DNA of 50,891 bases from Octopus sinensis (Eukaryota), in the NCBI RefSeq assembly GCF_006345805.1, contig NW_021834356.1, positions 1 to 50,891 of the forward strand. The letters are read 5' to 3'. Shown here piece after piece: positions 49,906 through 50,891 of the stretch. The stretch's first letter is position 1. Each line of letters opens with the position of its first letter. Position numbers and translations under genes: made by a program. The notes beneath the pieces are model-generated. The model worked only from the letters and a program-made list of their open reading frames with translations, did no database searches and was not told the origin of the DNA.

Positions 49906-50134
49906 CACCTTGAGACACACATATATTAACGCACTCGCAGAGCCTCGAAGTTGCCGCCCAAATTTGAAAAAAATAAAAGCTTGTATCGGTCGTGAGTCAA
50001 TGATTGCTGCCGTTGATGTTTACCACTAGTGTTGGCCCTAAACAAAGAGAACTATAGTGAAAGACAACCACACGCACGACCATCCCATCTCCTCTTATAC
50101 ACATGTTTTGATATATATTTAAAGTTATGGTGGT

Positions 50135-50240
50135 GAGCTGGCAGAGTCGTTAGCACACAGGGGAAAAATGCATAGCGACATTTCGCCTGTCTTAACGTTC
50201 TGAGATCAAATTCCACCGAGGTCGACTTTGCCTTTCGGGC
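50135..50240 (+). mobile_element. SINE family A head
   Basis: GAGCTGGCAGAGTCGTTAGCAC..CAAATTCCACCGAGGTCGACTTTGCC. Confidence 0.85.
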
Positions 50241-50808
50241 TGAGCACTGTTCTAACATTCTGCGCTACTTCTCAGAATTCTCAGAAACGAAGACATTTGC
50301 AAAATAAGAACATCAACATTTCGCAAGGCTCACACTCACACACATACGAACACACACAAACACACATGTATATAAAGCCCCTATCCCGAAACTGCTGGCC
50401 TTGTGCCAACATTTGAAAACAAAATATACTTAAAGGATGATTCAGCTGCTATTCCTAGCAGGTCGCACTACCACATTGAGACCCGCTTATTGGTTCGGTA
50501 CATCAAGATTATGGCTACGGATATGATTCACAAAATTGCGATGAGGCTTTCTTTGTTAACGACCATAGCAACATTTACTGCTGAATGTCTAGAGATTTTA
50601 ATGTATTAGAGGAGGAGTTTATGAGCGAACGAACAATACAATAGCTTCATTAGATTTGTGTTTGATACAAAATAGTCTTTGTTCAATTTAAATACTTTAG
50701 TTTTATCTGTAATTTATTATTGTGAGCTTGCAGAAGAAGGAGGCAGAAATTTGCAACAACTCACTCAGCCGAATATTTTTACACACACATGCATACAAAT
50801 AAATACAT

Positions 50809-50871
<63 letters not shown>

Positions 50872-50891
50872 TAATGTTGTTTTGATGTCAA

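Noticed and set aside
2773-50240. tRNA genes
   Set aside because: A/B-box heads run into shared 250-400 bp bodies with TSDs, so they are SINE heads; no complete cloverleaf.
3783-50885. Numerous ORFs such as [22 protein letters not shown] and CVCVCV
   Set aside because: These are translations of TATG, TACA, TA and TG microsatellites.
1-50891. CRISPR array or prokaryotic system
   Set aside because: No regularly spaced direct repeats with unique spacers and no operon-like ORFs; context is animal repeat DNA.

Overview
AT-rich, microsatellite-dense animal genomic DNA. The tRNA-derived SINE families and (TA)n/(CA)n/(TATG)n density suggest a coleoid cephalopod such as Octopus (inference). No intact protein-coding gene can be supported; almost all listed ORFs are microsatellite read-through. 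The window holds decayed mobile elements: Tc1/mariner of DD34D, DD37D, DD41D and Tc1 types, RTE and R4/Dong-like LINE fragments, a Penelope-like GIY-YIG fragment, Helitron pieces, MITEs and about five SINE families (labelled A-E here). Main signals found by reading the sequence: (1) about 12 minimal type-I hammerhead-ribozyme (HHR) motifs from several unrelated families, several intact, two of them in a 1661-bp tandem duplication; (2) a 72-nt 18S rRNA fragment between an inverted SINE head and a SINE 3' tail; (3) several long fold-back structures; (4) weak candidate exons of a small secreted Cys-rich protein. SINE and fragment boundaries are approximate.
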